The notes below the pieces were generated by a model. That model did no database searches, was not told the DNA's origin, and saw nothing but the letters and a program-made list of their open reading frames with translations. A stretch of DNA of 64,000 nucleotides from contig CM082582.2 of NCBI GenBank assembly GCA_040954595.2, forward strand, positions 1,240,001-1,304,000, in the 5' to 3' direction. This document shows positions 39,601 through 52,400 of this stretch, in pieces. The translations under genes and the position numbers were made by a program. Source of the DNA: Balanoglossus misakiensis. Taxonomy: Eukaryota; Animalia; Hemichordata. Numbering within the stretch: position 1 is the stretch's first letter; each line of letters starts with the position of its first letter.

Positions 39601-41759
39601 AACCATGTTTTTTTTTTTTTAAATCGACGAACCTATGATTTTTTTCAAAATCGACGAAATTTTGTGATTTTACAAAGTCGAAAATTTTGTCATTTTTTGA
39701 TGATTTTCACCATGATTTTTTTTCAAAAATCGACGAAATTTTGAGATTTTGCAAAGTCGAAAATTTGTCATTTTTTGATGATTTTCACCAATGTTTTTTT
39801 TTAAAAATCGACGAACCCATGATTTTTTTCAAAATCGACGAAATTTTGAGATTTTGCATAATCGAAAATTTGTCATTTTTTGATGATTTTCACCCATGAT
39901 TTTTTTTAAAAATGAACGAAATTTTGAGATTTTGCAAAGTCAAAAATTTGTCGTTTTTTGATGATTTTCAACCATTATTTTTTTTCAAAAATGGACGAAA
40001 TTTTGAGATTTTGCAAAGTCGAAAATTTGTCATTTTTTGATGATTTTCACCATGATTTTTTTTCAAAAATCGACGAAATTTTGAGATTTTGCAAAGTCGA
40101 AAATTTGTCATTTTTTGATGATTTTCACCCATGATTTTTTTTCAAAAATCGACGAAAATTTGAGATTTTGCAAAGACGAAAATTTGTCATTTTTGATGAT
40201 TTTTACCCATGATTTTTATTCAAAAATGGACGAAATTTTGAGATTTTGCAAAGACGAAAATTTGTCATTTTTTGATGATTTTCACCCATGATTTTTTTTT
40301 CAAAAATCGACGAAATTTTGAGATTTTGCAAAGTCGAAAATTTGTCATTTTTTGATGATTTTGCCCCATGTTTTTTTTTTTAAATGGACGAAATTTTGAG
40401 ATTTTGCAAAGACGAAAATTTTTCATTTTTTGATGATTTTCAACCATGTTTTTTTTTTAAAAATCGACGAACCTATGATTTTTTTCAAAATCGACGAAAT
40501 TTTGTGATTTTACAAAGTCGAAAATTTTGTCATTTTTTGATGATTTTCAACCATTATTTTTTTTCAAAAATGGACGAAATTTTGAGATTTTGAAAAGACG
40601 AAAATTTGTCATTTTTTGATGATTTTCACCATGATTTTTTTTCAAAAATCGACGAAATTTTGAGATTTTGCAAAGTCGAAAATTTGTCATTTTTTGATGA
40701 TTTTCACCCATGATTTTTTTCAAAAATCGACGAAATTTTGAGATTTTGCACAGTCGAAAATTTGTCATTTTTTGATGATTTTCATCCATGATTTTTTTCA
40801 AAAATCGACGAAATGTTGAGATTTTGCAAAGTCGAAAATTTGTCATTTTTTGATGATTTTCTCCCATGATTTTTTTCAAAAATCGACGAAATTGTGAGAT
40901 TTTGCAAAGTCGAAAATTTGTCATTTTTTGATGATTTTCACCCATGTTTTTTTTTTAAAAATCGACGAACCTAGGATTTTTTTCAAAATCGACGAAATTT
41001 TGTGATTTTACAAAGTCGAAAATTTTGTCATTTTTTGATGATTTTCAACCATGATTTTTTTTCAAAAATCGACGAAAATTTGAGATTTTGCAAAGACGAA
41101 AATTTGTCATTTTTGATGATTTTTACCCATGATTTTTATTCAAAAATGGACGAAATTTTGAGATTTTGCAAAGACGAAAATTTGTCATTTTTTGATGATT
41201 TTCACCCATGATTTTTTTTTCAAAAATCGACGAAATTTTGAGATTTTGCAAAGTCGAAAATTTGTCATTTTTTGATGATTTTGCCCCATGTTTTTTTTTT
41301 TAAATGGACGAAATTTTGAGATTTTGCAAAGACGAAAATTTTTCATTTTTTGATGATTTTCACCAATGTTTTTTTTTAAAAATCGACGAACCCATGATTT
41401 TTTTCAAAATCGACGAAATTTTGAGATTTTGCATAATCGAAAATTTGTCATTTTTTGATGATTTTCACCCATGATTTTTTTTAAAAATGAACGAAATTTT
41501 GAGATTTTGCAAAGTCAAAAATTTGTCGTTTTTTGATGATTTTCAACCATTATTTTTTTTCAAAAATGGACGAAATTTTGAGATTTTGAAAAGACGAAAA
41601 TTTGTCATTTTTTGATGATTTTCACCATGATTTTTTTTCAAAAATCGACGAAATTTTGAGATTTTGCAAAGTCGAAAATTTGTCATTTTTTGATGATTTT
41701 CACCATGATTTTTTTTCAAAAATCGACGAAATTTTGAGATTTTGCTAAGTCGAAAATTT

Positions 41760-44700
41760 GTCATTTTTTGATGATTTTCACCCATGATTTTTTTCAAAAA
41801 TCGACGAAATTTTGAGATTTTGCACAGTCGAAAATTTGTCATTTTTTGATGATTTTCACCCATGATTTTTTTCAAAAATCGACGAAATGTTGAGATTTTG
41901 CAAAGTCGAAAATTTGTCATTTTTTGATGATTTTCTCCCATGATTTTTTTCAAAAATCGACGAAATGTTGAGATTTTGCAAAGTCGAAAATTTGTCATTT
42001 TTTGATGATTTTCACCCATGTTTTTTTTTTAAAAATCGACGAACCTAGGATTTTTTTCAAAATCGACGAAATTTTGTGATTTTACAAAGTCGAAAATTTT
42101 GTCATTTTTTGATGATTTTCAACCATGATTTTTTTTCAAAAATCGACGAAAATTTGAGATTTTGCAAAGACGAAAATTTGTCATTTTTGATGATTTTTAC
42201 CCATGATTTTTATTCAAAAATGGACGAAATTTTGAGATTTTGCAAAGACGAAAATTTGTCATTTTTTGATGATTTTCACCATGATTTTTTTTCAAAAATC
42301 GACGAAATTTTGAGATTTTGCAAAGTCGAAAATTTGTCATTTTTTGATGATTTTCACCATGATTTTTTTTCAAAAATCGACGAAATTTTGAGATTTTGCT
42401 AAGTCGAAAATTTGTCATTTTTTGATGATTTTCACCCATGATTTTTTTCAAAAATCGACGAAATTTTGAGATTTTGCACAGTCGAAAATTTGTCATTTTT
42501 TGATGATTTTCACCCATGATTTTTTTCAAAAATCGACGAAATGTTGAGATTTTGCAAAGTCGAAAATTTGTCATTTTTTGATGATTTTCTCCCATGATTT
42601 TTTTCAAAAATCGACGAAATTGTGAGATTTTGCAAAGTCGAAAATTTGTCATTTTTTGATGATTTTCACCCATGTTTTTTTTTTACAAATCGACGAACCT
42701 AGGATTTTTTTCAAAATCGACGAAATTTTGTGATTTTACAAAGTCGAAAATTTTGTCATTTTTTGATGATTTTCAACCATGATTTTTTTTCAAAAATCGA
42801 CGAAAATTTGAGATTTTGCAAAGACGAAAATTTGTCATTTTTGATGATTTTTACCCATGATTTTTATTCAAAAATGGACGAAATTTTGAGATTTTGCAAA
42901 GACGAAAATTTGTCATTTTTTGATGATTTTCACCCATGATTTTTTTTTCAAAAATCGACGAAATTTTGAGATTTTGCAAAGTCGAAAATTTGTCATTTTT
43001 TGATGATTTTGCCCCATGTTTTTTTTTTTAAATGGACGAAATTTTGAGATTTTGCAAAGACGAAAATTTTTCATTTTTTGATGATTTTCAACCATGTTTT
43101 TTTTTTAAAAATCGACGAACCTATGATTTTTTTCAAAATCGACGAAATTTTGTGATTTTACAAAGTCGAAAATTTTGTCATTTTTTGATGATTTTCACCA
43201 TGATTTTTTTTCAAAAATCGACGAAATTTTGAGATTTTGCAAAGTCGAAAATTTGTCATTTTTTGATGATTTTCACCCATGATTTTTTCAAAAATCGACG
43301 AAATTTTGAGATTTTGCAAAGTCGAAAATTTGTCATATTTTGATGATTTTCACCAATGTTTTTTTTTAAAAATCGACGAACCCATGATTTTTTTCAAAAT
43401 CGACGAAATTTTGAGATTTTGCATAATCGAAAATTTGTCATTTTTTGATGATTTTCACCCATGATTTTTTTTAAAAATGAACGAAATTTTGAGATTTTGC
43501 AAAGTCAAAAATTTGTCGTTTTTTGATGATTTTCAACCATTATTTTTTTTCAAAAATGGACGAAATTTTGAGATTTTGAAAAGACGAAAATTTGTCATTT
43601 TTTGATGATTTTCACCATGATTTTTTTTCAAAAATCGACGAAATTTTGAGATTATGCAAAGTCGAAAATATGTCATTTTTTGATGATTTTCACCATGATT
43701 TTTTTTCAAAAATCGACGAAATTTTGAGATTTTGCAAAGTCGAAAATTTGTCATTTTTTGATGATTTTCACCCATGATTTTTTCAAAAATCGACGAAATT
43801 TTGAGATTTTGCAAAGTCGAAAATTTGTCATATTTTGATGATTTTCACCAATGTTTTTTTTTAAAAATCGACGAACCCATGATTTTTTTCAAAATCGACG
43901 AAATTTTTAGATTTTGCATAATCGAAAATTTGTCATTTTTTGATGATTTTCACCCATGATTTTTTTTAAAAATGAACGAAATTTTGAGATTTTGCAAAGT
44001 CAAAAATTTGTCGTTTTTTGATGATTTTCAACCATTATTTTTTTTCAAAAATGGACGAAATTTTGAGATTTTGAAAAGACGAAAATTTGTCATTTTTTGA
44101 TGATTTTCACCATGATTTTTTTTCAAAAATCGACGAAATTTTGAGATTTTGCAAAGTCGAAAATTTGTCATTTTTTGATGATTTTCACCATGATTGTTTT
44201 TCAAAAATCGACGAAATTTTGAGATTTTGCAAAGTCGAAAATTTGTCATTTTTTGATGATTTTCACCCATGATTTTTTTCAAAAATCGACGAATTGTTGA
44301 GATTTTGCAAAGTCGAAAATTTGTCATTTTTTGATGATTTTCACCCATGATTTTTTTTCAAAAATCGACGAAATTTTGAGATTTTGCAAAGTCGAAAATT
44401 TGTCATTTTTTGATGATTTTCACCATGATTTTTTTTCAAAAATCGACGAAATTTTGAGATTTTGCAAAGTCGAAAATTTGTCATTTTTTGATGATTTTCA
44501 CCAATGATTTTTTCAAAAATCGACGAAATTTTGAGATTTTGCAAAGTCGAAAATTTGTCATATTTTGATGATTGTCACCAATGTTTTTTTTTAAAAATCG
44601 ACGAACCCATGATTTTTTTCAAAATCGACGAAATTTTTAGATTTTGCATAATCGAAAATTTGTCATTTTTTGATGATTTTCACCCATGATTTTTTTTAAA

Positions 44701-47700
44701 AATGAACGAAATTTTGAGATTTTGCAAAGTCAAAAATTTGTCGTTTTTTGATGATTTTCAACCATTATTTTTTTTCAAAAATGGACGAAATTTTGAGATT
44801 TTGAAAAGACGAAAATTTGTCATTTTTTGATGATTTTCACCATGATTTTTTTTCAAAAATCTACGAAATTTTGAGATTTTGCAAAGTCGAAAATTTGTCA
44901 TTTTTTGATGATTTTCACCATGATTGTTTTTCAAAAATCGACGAAATTTTGAGATTTTGCAAAGTCGAAAATTTGTCATTTTTTGATGATTTTCACCCAT
45001 GATTTTTTTCAAAAATCGACGAAATGTTGAGATTTTGCAAAGTCGAAAATTTGTCATTTTTTCATGATTTTCACCCATGATTTTTTTTCAAAAATCGACG
45101 AAATTTTGAGATTTTGCATAATCGAAAATGTGTCATTTTTTGATGATTTTTACCCATGATTTTTTTTTCAAAAATCGACGAAATTTTGAGATTTTGCATA
45201 ATCGAAAATTTGTCATTTTTTGATGATTTTCACCCATGATTTTTTTTAAAAATGAACGAAATTTTGAGATTTTGCAAAGTCAAAAATTTGTCGTTTTTTG
45301 ATGATTTTCAACCATTATTTTTTTTCAAAAATGGACGAAATTTTGAGATTTTGAAAAGACGAAAATTTGTCATTTTTTGATGATTTTCACCATGATTTTT
45401 TTTCAAAAATCTACGAAATTTTGAGATTTTGCAAAGTCGAAAATTTGTCATTTTTTGATGATTTTCACCATGATTGTTTTTCAAAAATCGACGAAATTTT
45501 GAGATTTTGCAAAGTGGAAAATTTGTCATTTTTTGATGATTTTCACCCATGATTTTTTTCAAAAATCGACGAAATGTTGAGATTTTGCAAAGTCGAAAAT
45601 TTGTCATTTTTTCATGATTTTCACCCATGATTTTTTTTCAAAAATCGACGAAATTTTGAGATTTTGCATAATCGAAAATTTGTCATTTTTTGATGATTTT
45701 CACCCATGATTTTTTTCAAAAATCGACGAAATTTTGAGATTTTGCACAGTCGAAAATTTGTCATTTTTTGATGATTTTCACCCATGATTTTTTTCAAAAA
45801 TCGACGAAATGTTGAGATTTTGCAAAGTCGAAAATTTGTCATTTTTTGATGATTTTCTCCCATGATTTTTTTCAAAAATCGACGAAATTGTGAGATTTTG
45901 CAAAGTCGAAAATTTGTCATTTTTTGATGATTTTCACCCATGTTTTTTTTTTAAAAATCGACGAACCTAGGATTTTTTTCAAAATCGACGAAATTTTGTG
46001 ATTTTACAAAGTCGAAAATTTTGTCATTTTTTGATGATTTTCAACCATGATTTTTTTTCAAAAATCGACGAAAATTTGAGATTTTGCAAAGACGAAAATT
46101 TGTCATTTTTGATGATTTTTACCCATGATTTTTATTCAAAAATGGACGAAATTTTGAGATTTTGCAAAGACGAAAATTTGTCATTTTTTGATGATTTTCA
46201 CCATGATTTTTTTTCAAAAATCGACGAAATTTTGAGATTTTGCAAAGTCGAAAATTTGTCATTTTTTGATGATTTTCACCATGATTTTTTTTCAAAAATC
46301 GACGAAATTTTGAGATTTTGCTAAGTCGAAAATTTGTCATTTTTTGATGATTTTCACCCATGATTTTTTTCAAAAATCGACGAAATTTTGAGATTTTGCA
46401 CAGTCGAAAATTTGTCATTTTTTGATGATTTTCACCCATGATTTTTTTCAAAAATCGACGAAATGTTGAGATTTTGCAAAGTCGAAAATTTGTCATTTTT
46501 TGATGATTTTCTCCCATGATTTTTTTCAAAAATCGACGAAATTGTGAGATTTTGCAAAGTCGAAAATTTGTCATTTTTTGATGATTTTCACCCATGTTTT
46601 TTTTTTACAAATCGACGAACCTAGGATTTTTTTCAAAATCGACGAAATTTTGTGATTTTACAAAGTCGAAAATTTTGTCATTTTTTGATGATTTTCAACC
46701 ATGATTTTTTTTCAAAAATCGACGAAAATTTGAGATTTTGCAAAGACGAAAATTTGTCATTTTTGATGATTTTTACCCATGATTTTTATTCAAAAATGGA
46801 CGAAATTTTGAGATTTTGCAAAGACGAAAATTTGTCATTTTTTGATGATTTTCACCCATGATTTTTTTTTCAAAAATCGACGAAATTTTGAGATTTTGCA
46901 AAGTCGAAAATTTGTCATTTTTTGATGATTTTGCCCCATGTTTTTTTTTTTAAATGGACGAAATTTTGAGATTTTGCAAAGACGAAAATTTTTCATTTTT
47001 TGATGATTTTCAACCATGTTTTTTTTTTAAAAATCGACGAACCTATGATTTTTTTCAAAATCGACGAAATTTTGTGATTTTACAAAGTCGAAAATTTTGT
47101 CATTTTTTGATGATTTTCACCATGATTTTTTTTCAAAAATCGACGAAATTTTGAGATTTTGCAAAGTCGAAAATTTGTCATTTTTTGATGATTTTCACCC
47201 ATGATTTTTTCAAAAATCGACGAAATTTTGAGATTTTGCAAAGTCGAAAATTTGTCATATTTTGATGATTTTCACCAATGTTTTTTTTTAAAAATCGACG
47301 AACCCATGATTTTTTTCAAAATCGACGAAATTTTGAGATTTTGCATAATCGAAAATTTGTCATTTTTTGATGATTTTCACCCATGATTTTTTTTAAAAAT
47401 GAACGAAATTTTGAGATTTTGCAAAGTCAAAAATTTGTCGTTTTTTGATGATTTTCAACCATTATTTTTTTTCAAAAATGGACGAAATTTTGAGATTTTG
47501 AAAAGACGAAAATTTGTCATTTTTTGATGATTTTCACCATGATTTTTTTTCAAAAATCGACGAAATTTTGAGATTATGCAAAGTCGAAAATATGTCATTT
47601 TTTGATGATTTTCACCATGATTTTTTTTCAAAAATCGACGAAATTTTGAGATTTTGCAAAGTCGAAAATTTGTCATTTTTTGATGATTTTCACCCATGAT

Positions 47701-49120
47701 TTTTTCAAAAATCGACGAAATTTTGAGATTTTGCAAAGTCGAAAATTTGTCATATTTTGATGATTTTCACCAATGTTTTTTTTTAAAAATCGACGAACCC
47801 ATGATTTTTTTCAAAATCGACGAAATTTTTAGATTTTGCATAATCGAAAATTTGTCATTTTTTGATGATTTTCACCCATGATTTTTTTTAAAAATGAACG
47901 AAATTTTGAGATTTTGCAAAGTCAAAAATTTGTCGTTTTTTGATGATTTTCAACCATTATTTTTTTTCAAAAATGGACGAAATTTTGAGATTTTGAAAAG
48001 ACGAAAATTTGTCATTTTTTGATGATTTTCACCATGATTTTTTTTCAAAAATCGACGAAATTTTGAGATTTTGCAAAGTCGAAAATTTGTCATTTTTTGA
48101 TGATTTTCACCATGATTGTTTTTCAAAAATCGACGAAATTTTGAGATTTTGCAAAGTCGAAAATTTGTCATTTTTTGATGATTTTCACCCATGATTTTTT
48201 TCAAAAATCGACGAATTGTTGAGATTTTGCAAAGTCGAAAATTTGTCATTTTTTGATGATTTTCACCCATGATTTTTTTTCAAAAATCGACGAAATTTTG
48301 AGATTTTGCAAAGTCGAAAATTTGTCATTTTTTGATGATTTTCACCATGATTTTTTTTCAAAAATCGACGAAATTTTGAGATTTTGCAAAGTCGAAAATT
48401 TGTCATTTTTTGATGATTTTCACCAATGATTTTTTCAAAAATCGACGAAATTTTGAGATTTTGCAAAGTCGAAAATTTGTCATATTTTGATGATTTTCAC
48501 CAATGTTTTTTTTTAAAAATCGACGAACCCATGATTTTTTTCAAAATCGACGAAATTTTTAGATTTTGCATAATCGAAAATTTGTCATTTTTTGATGATT
48601 TTCACCCATGATTTTTTTTAAAAATGAACGAAATTTTGAGATTTTGCAAAGTCAAAAATTTGTCGTTTTTTGATGATTTTCAACCATTATTTTTTTTCAA
48701 AAATGGACGAAATTTTGAGATTTTGAAAAGACGAAAATTTGTCATTTTTTGATGATTTTCACCATGATTTTTTTTCAAAAATCTACGAAATTTTGAGATT
48801 TTGCAAAGTCGAAAATTTGTCATTTTTTGATGATTTTCACCATGATTGTTTTTCAAAAATCGACGAAATTTTGAGATTTTGCAAAGTCGAAAATTTGTCA
48901 TTTTTTGATGATTTTCACCCATGATTTTTTTCAAAAATCGACGAAATGTTGAGATTTTGCAAAGTCGAAAATTTGTCATTTTTTCATGATTTTCACCCAT
49001 GATTTTTTTTCAAAAATCGACGAAATTTTGAGATTTTGCATAATCGAAAATGTGTCATTTTTTGATGATTTTTACCCATGATTTTTTTTTCAAAAATCGA
49101 CGAAATTTTGAGATTTTGCA
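41760..49120 (+). repeat. Block duplication, offset 3922 bp (2 copies of ~3.4 kb separated by a 550-bp-offset local duplication)
   Basis: ORF pairs 42076/45998, 43279/47201, 43592/47514 and 44817/48739. The private variant GATTATGC occurs at ~43650 and ~47572. Local pair 44758/45308. Confidence 0.9.
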
Positions 49121-49440
49121 AAGTCGAAAATTTGTCATTTTTTGATGATTTTCACCCATGTTTTTTTTTTAAAAATCGACGAACCTAGGATTTTTTTCAA
49201 AATCGACGAAATTTTGTGATTTTACAAAGTCGAAAATTTTGTCATTTTTTGATGATTTTCAACCATGATTTTTTTTCAAAAATCGACGAAAATTTGAGAT
49301 TTTGCAAAGACGAAAATTTGTCATTTTTGATGATTTTTACCCATGATTTTTATTCAAAAATGGACGAAATTTTGAGATTTTGCAAAGACGAAAATTTGTC
49401 ATTTTTTGATGATTTTCACCCATGATTTTTTTTTCAAAAA

Positions 49441-52400
49441 TCGACGAAATTTTGAGATTTTGCAAAGTTGAAAATTTGTAATTTTTTGATGATTTTCACC
49501 CATGATTTTTTCAAAAATTGACGAAATTTTGAGATTTTGCAAAGTCGAAAATTTGTCATTTTTTGATGATTTTCACACATGATTTTTTTCAAAAATCGAC
49601 GAAATTGTGAGATTTTGCAAAGATGAAAATTTGTCATTTTTTGATGATTTTTACCCATGATTTTTTTTCAAAAATGGACGAAATTTTGAGATTTTGCAAA
49701 GTCGAAAATTTGTTATTTTTTGATGATTTTCACCCATGTCTTTTTTTAAAAATCGACGAAATTTTGAGATTTTGCAAAGAGGAAAATTTGTCATTTTTTC
49801 ATGATTTTCCCCCATGATTTTTTTCAAAAATCGACGAAATTTTGAGATTTTGCAAAGTCGACGAAAATGTGTCATTTTTTGATGATTTTCACCCGTTTTT
49901 TTTTCAAAATTTGTCATTTTTTGATGATTTTCACCCATGTTTTTTTTTTAAAAAATCGACGAACCTATGATTTTTTTCAAAATCGACGAAATTTTGTGAT
50001 TTTACAAAGTCGAAAATTTTGTCATTTTTTGATGATTTTCAACCATGATTTTTTTTCAAAAATCGACGAAAATTTGAGATTTTGCAAAGACGAAAATTTG
50101 TCATTTTTGATGATTTTTACCCATGATTTTTTTTCAAAAATGGACGAAATTTTGAGATTTTGCAAAGACGAAAATTTGTCATTTTTTGATGATTTTCACC
50201 CATGATTTTTTTTCAAAAATCGACGAAATTTTTAGATTTTGCAAAGTCGAACATTTGTCATTTTTTGATGATTTTCACCCATGTTTTTATTTAAAAAAAT
50301 CGACGAACCCATGATTTTTTTCAAAACCGACGAAATTTTGAGATTTTGCAAAGTCGAAAATTTGTCATTTTTGATGATTTTCACCCATAATTTTTTTCAA
50401 AAATCGACGAAATTTTGAGATTTTGCAAAGACGAAAATTTGTCATTTTTTGATGATTTTCACCCATGATTTTTTTTTCACAAATCGACGTAATTTTGAGA
50501 TTTTGTAGTCGTAAATTTGTCATTTTTGATGATTTTCCCCCATGATTTTTTTCAAAAATCAACGAAATTTTGAGATTTTGCAAAGTCGAAAATTTGTCAT
50601 TTTTAGATGATTTTCACCCGTCTTTTTCAAAAAATCGACGAAATTTTGAGATTTTGCAAAGAGGAAAATTTGTCAATTTTTGATGATTTTCACCCATGAT
50701 TTTTTTCAAAAATCGACGAAATTTTGAGATTTTGCAAAGTCGAAAATTTTTCATTTTTTGATGATTTTCACCCATGATTTTTTTCAAAAATCGACGAAAT
50801 TTTGAGATTTTGCAAAGTCGAAAATGTGTCATTTTTTGATGATTTTCACCCATGTTTTTTTTTTTAAAATCGACGAACCTATGATTTTTTTCAAAATCGA
50901 CGAAATTTTGTGATTTTGCAAAGTCGAAAATTTTGTCATTTTTTGATGATTTTCACCCGTTTTTTTTTCAAAATTTGTCATTTTTTCATGATTTTCACCC
51001 ATGATTTTTTTCAAAAATCGACGAAATTTTGAGATTTTGCAAAGTCGAAAATTTGTCATTTTTTGATGATTTTCAACCCTGATTTTTTTTCAAAAATCGA
51101 CGAAATTTTGAGATTTTGCAAAATCGAAAATTTGTCATTTTTTGATGATTTTCAACCCTGATTTTTTTTCAAAAATCGACGAAATTTTGAGATTTTGCAA
51201 AATCGAAAATTTGTCATTTTTTGATGATTTTCCCCCAATGGTTTTTTTCAAAATCGACGAAATTTTGAGATTTTGCAAAGTCGAAAATTTGTCATTTTTT
51301 GATGATTTTCCCCCATGATTTTTTTTCAAAAATGGACGAAAATTTGAGATTTTGCAAAGACGAAAATTTGTCATTTTTGATGATTTTTACCCATGATTTT
51401 TTTTCAAAAATGGACGAAATTTTGAGATTTTGCAAAGACGAAAATTTGTCATTTTTTGATGATTTTCACCCATGATTTTTTTTCAAAAATCGACGAAATT
51501 TTTAGATTTTGCAAAGTCGAACATTTGTCATTTTTTGATGATTTTCCCCCGTTTTTTTTTTTAAATGGACGAAATTTTGAGATTTTGCAAAGACGAAAAT
51601 TTGTAATTTTTTGATGATTTTCACCCATGTCTTTTTTTAAAAATCGACGAAATTTTGAGATTTTGCAAAGACGAAAATTTGTCATTTTTTGATGATTTTC
51701 ACCCATGTCTTTTTTTAAAAATCGACGAAATTTTGAGATTTTGCAAAGAGGAAAATTTGTCATTTTTTCATGATTTTCCCCCATGATTTTTTTCAAAAAT
51801 CGACGAAATTTTGAGATTTTGCAAAGTCGACGAAAATGTGTCATTTTTTGATGATTTTCACCCGTTTTTTTTTCAAAATTTGTCATTTTTTGATGATTTT
51901 CACCCATGTTTTTTTTAAAAAAATCGACGAACCTATGATTTTTTTCAAAATCGACGAAATTTTGTGATTTTACAAAGTCGAAAATTTTGTCATTTTTTGA
52001 TGATTTTCAACCATGATTTTTTTTCAAAAATCGACGAAAATTTGAGATTTTGCAAAGACGAAAATTTGTCATTTTTGATGATTTTTACCCATGATTTTTT
52101 TTCAAAAATGGGCGAAATTTTGAGATTTTGCAAAGACGAAAATTTGTCATTTTTTGATGATTTTCACCCATGATTTTTTTCAAAAATCGACGAAATTTTG
52201 AGATTTTGCAAAGTCGAAAATTTGTCATTTTTTGATGATTTTCACCCATGATTTTCTTCAAAAATCGACGAAATTTTGAGATTTTGCAAAGTCGAAAATT
52301 TGTCATTTTTTGATTATTTTCACCCATGATTTTTTTCAAAAATCGACGAAATTTTGAGATTTTGCGAAGTCGAAAATTTGTCATTTTTTGATGATTTTCA

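Larger units (their letters stand above)
25400..49440 (+). repeat. Satellite variant domain B
   Basis: Diagnostic variants GAACCTAGGA (~26290 to ~49190), TTTTGAAAAGACG, GACGAAAATTTTTCA, GCACAGTCG and GCTAAGTCG, plus nearly all copies of GTCGTTTTTTG, lie in this interval. Confidence 0.75.
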
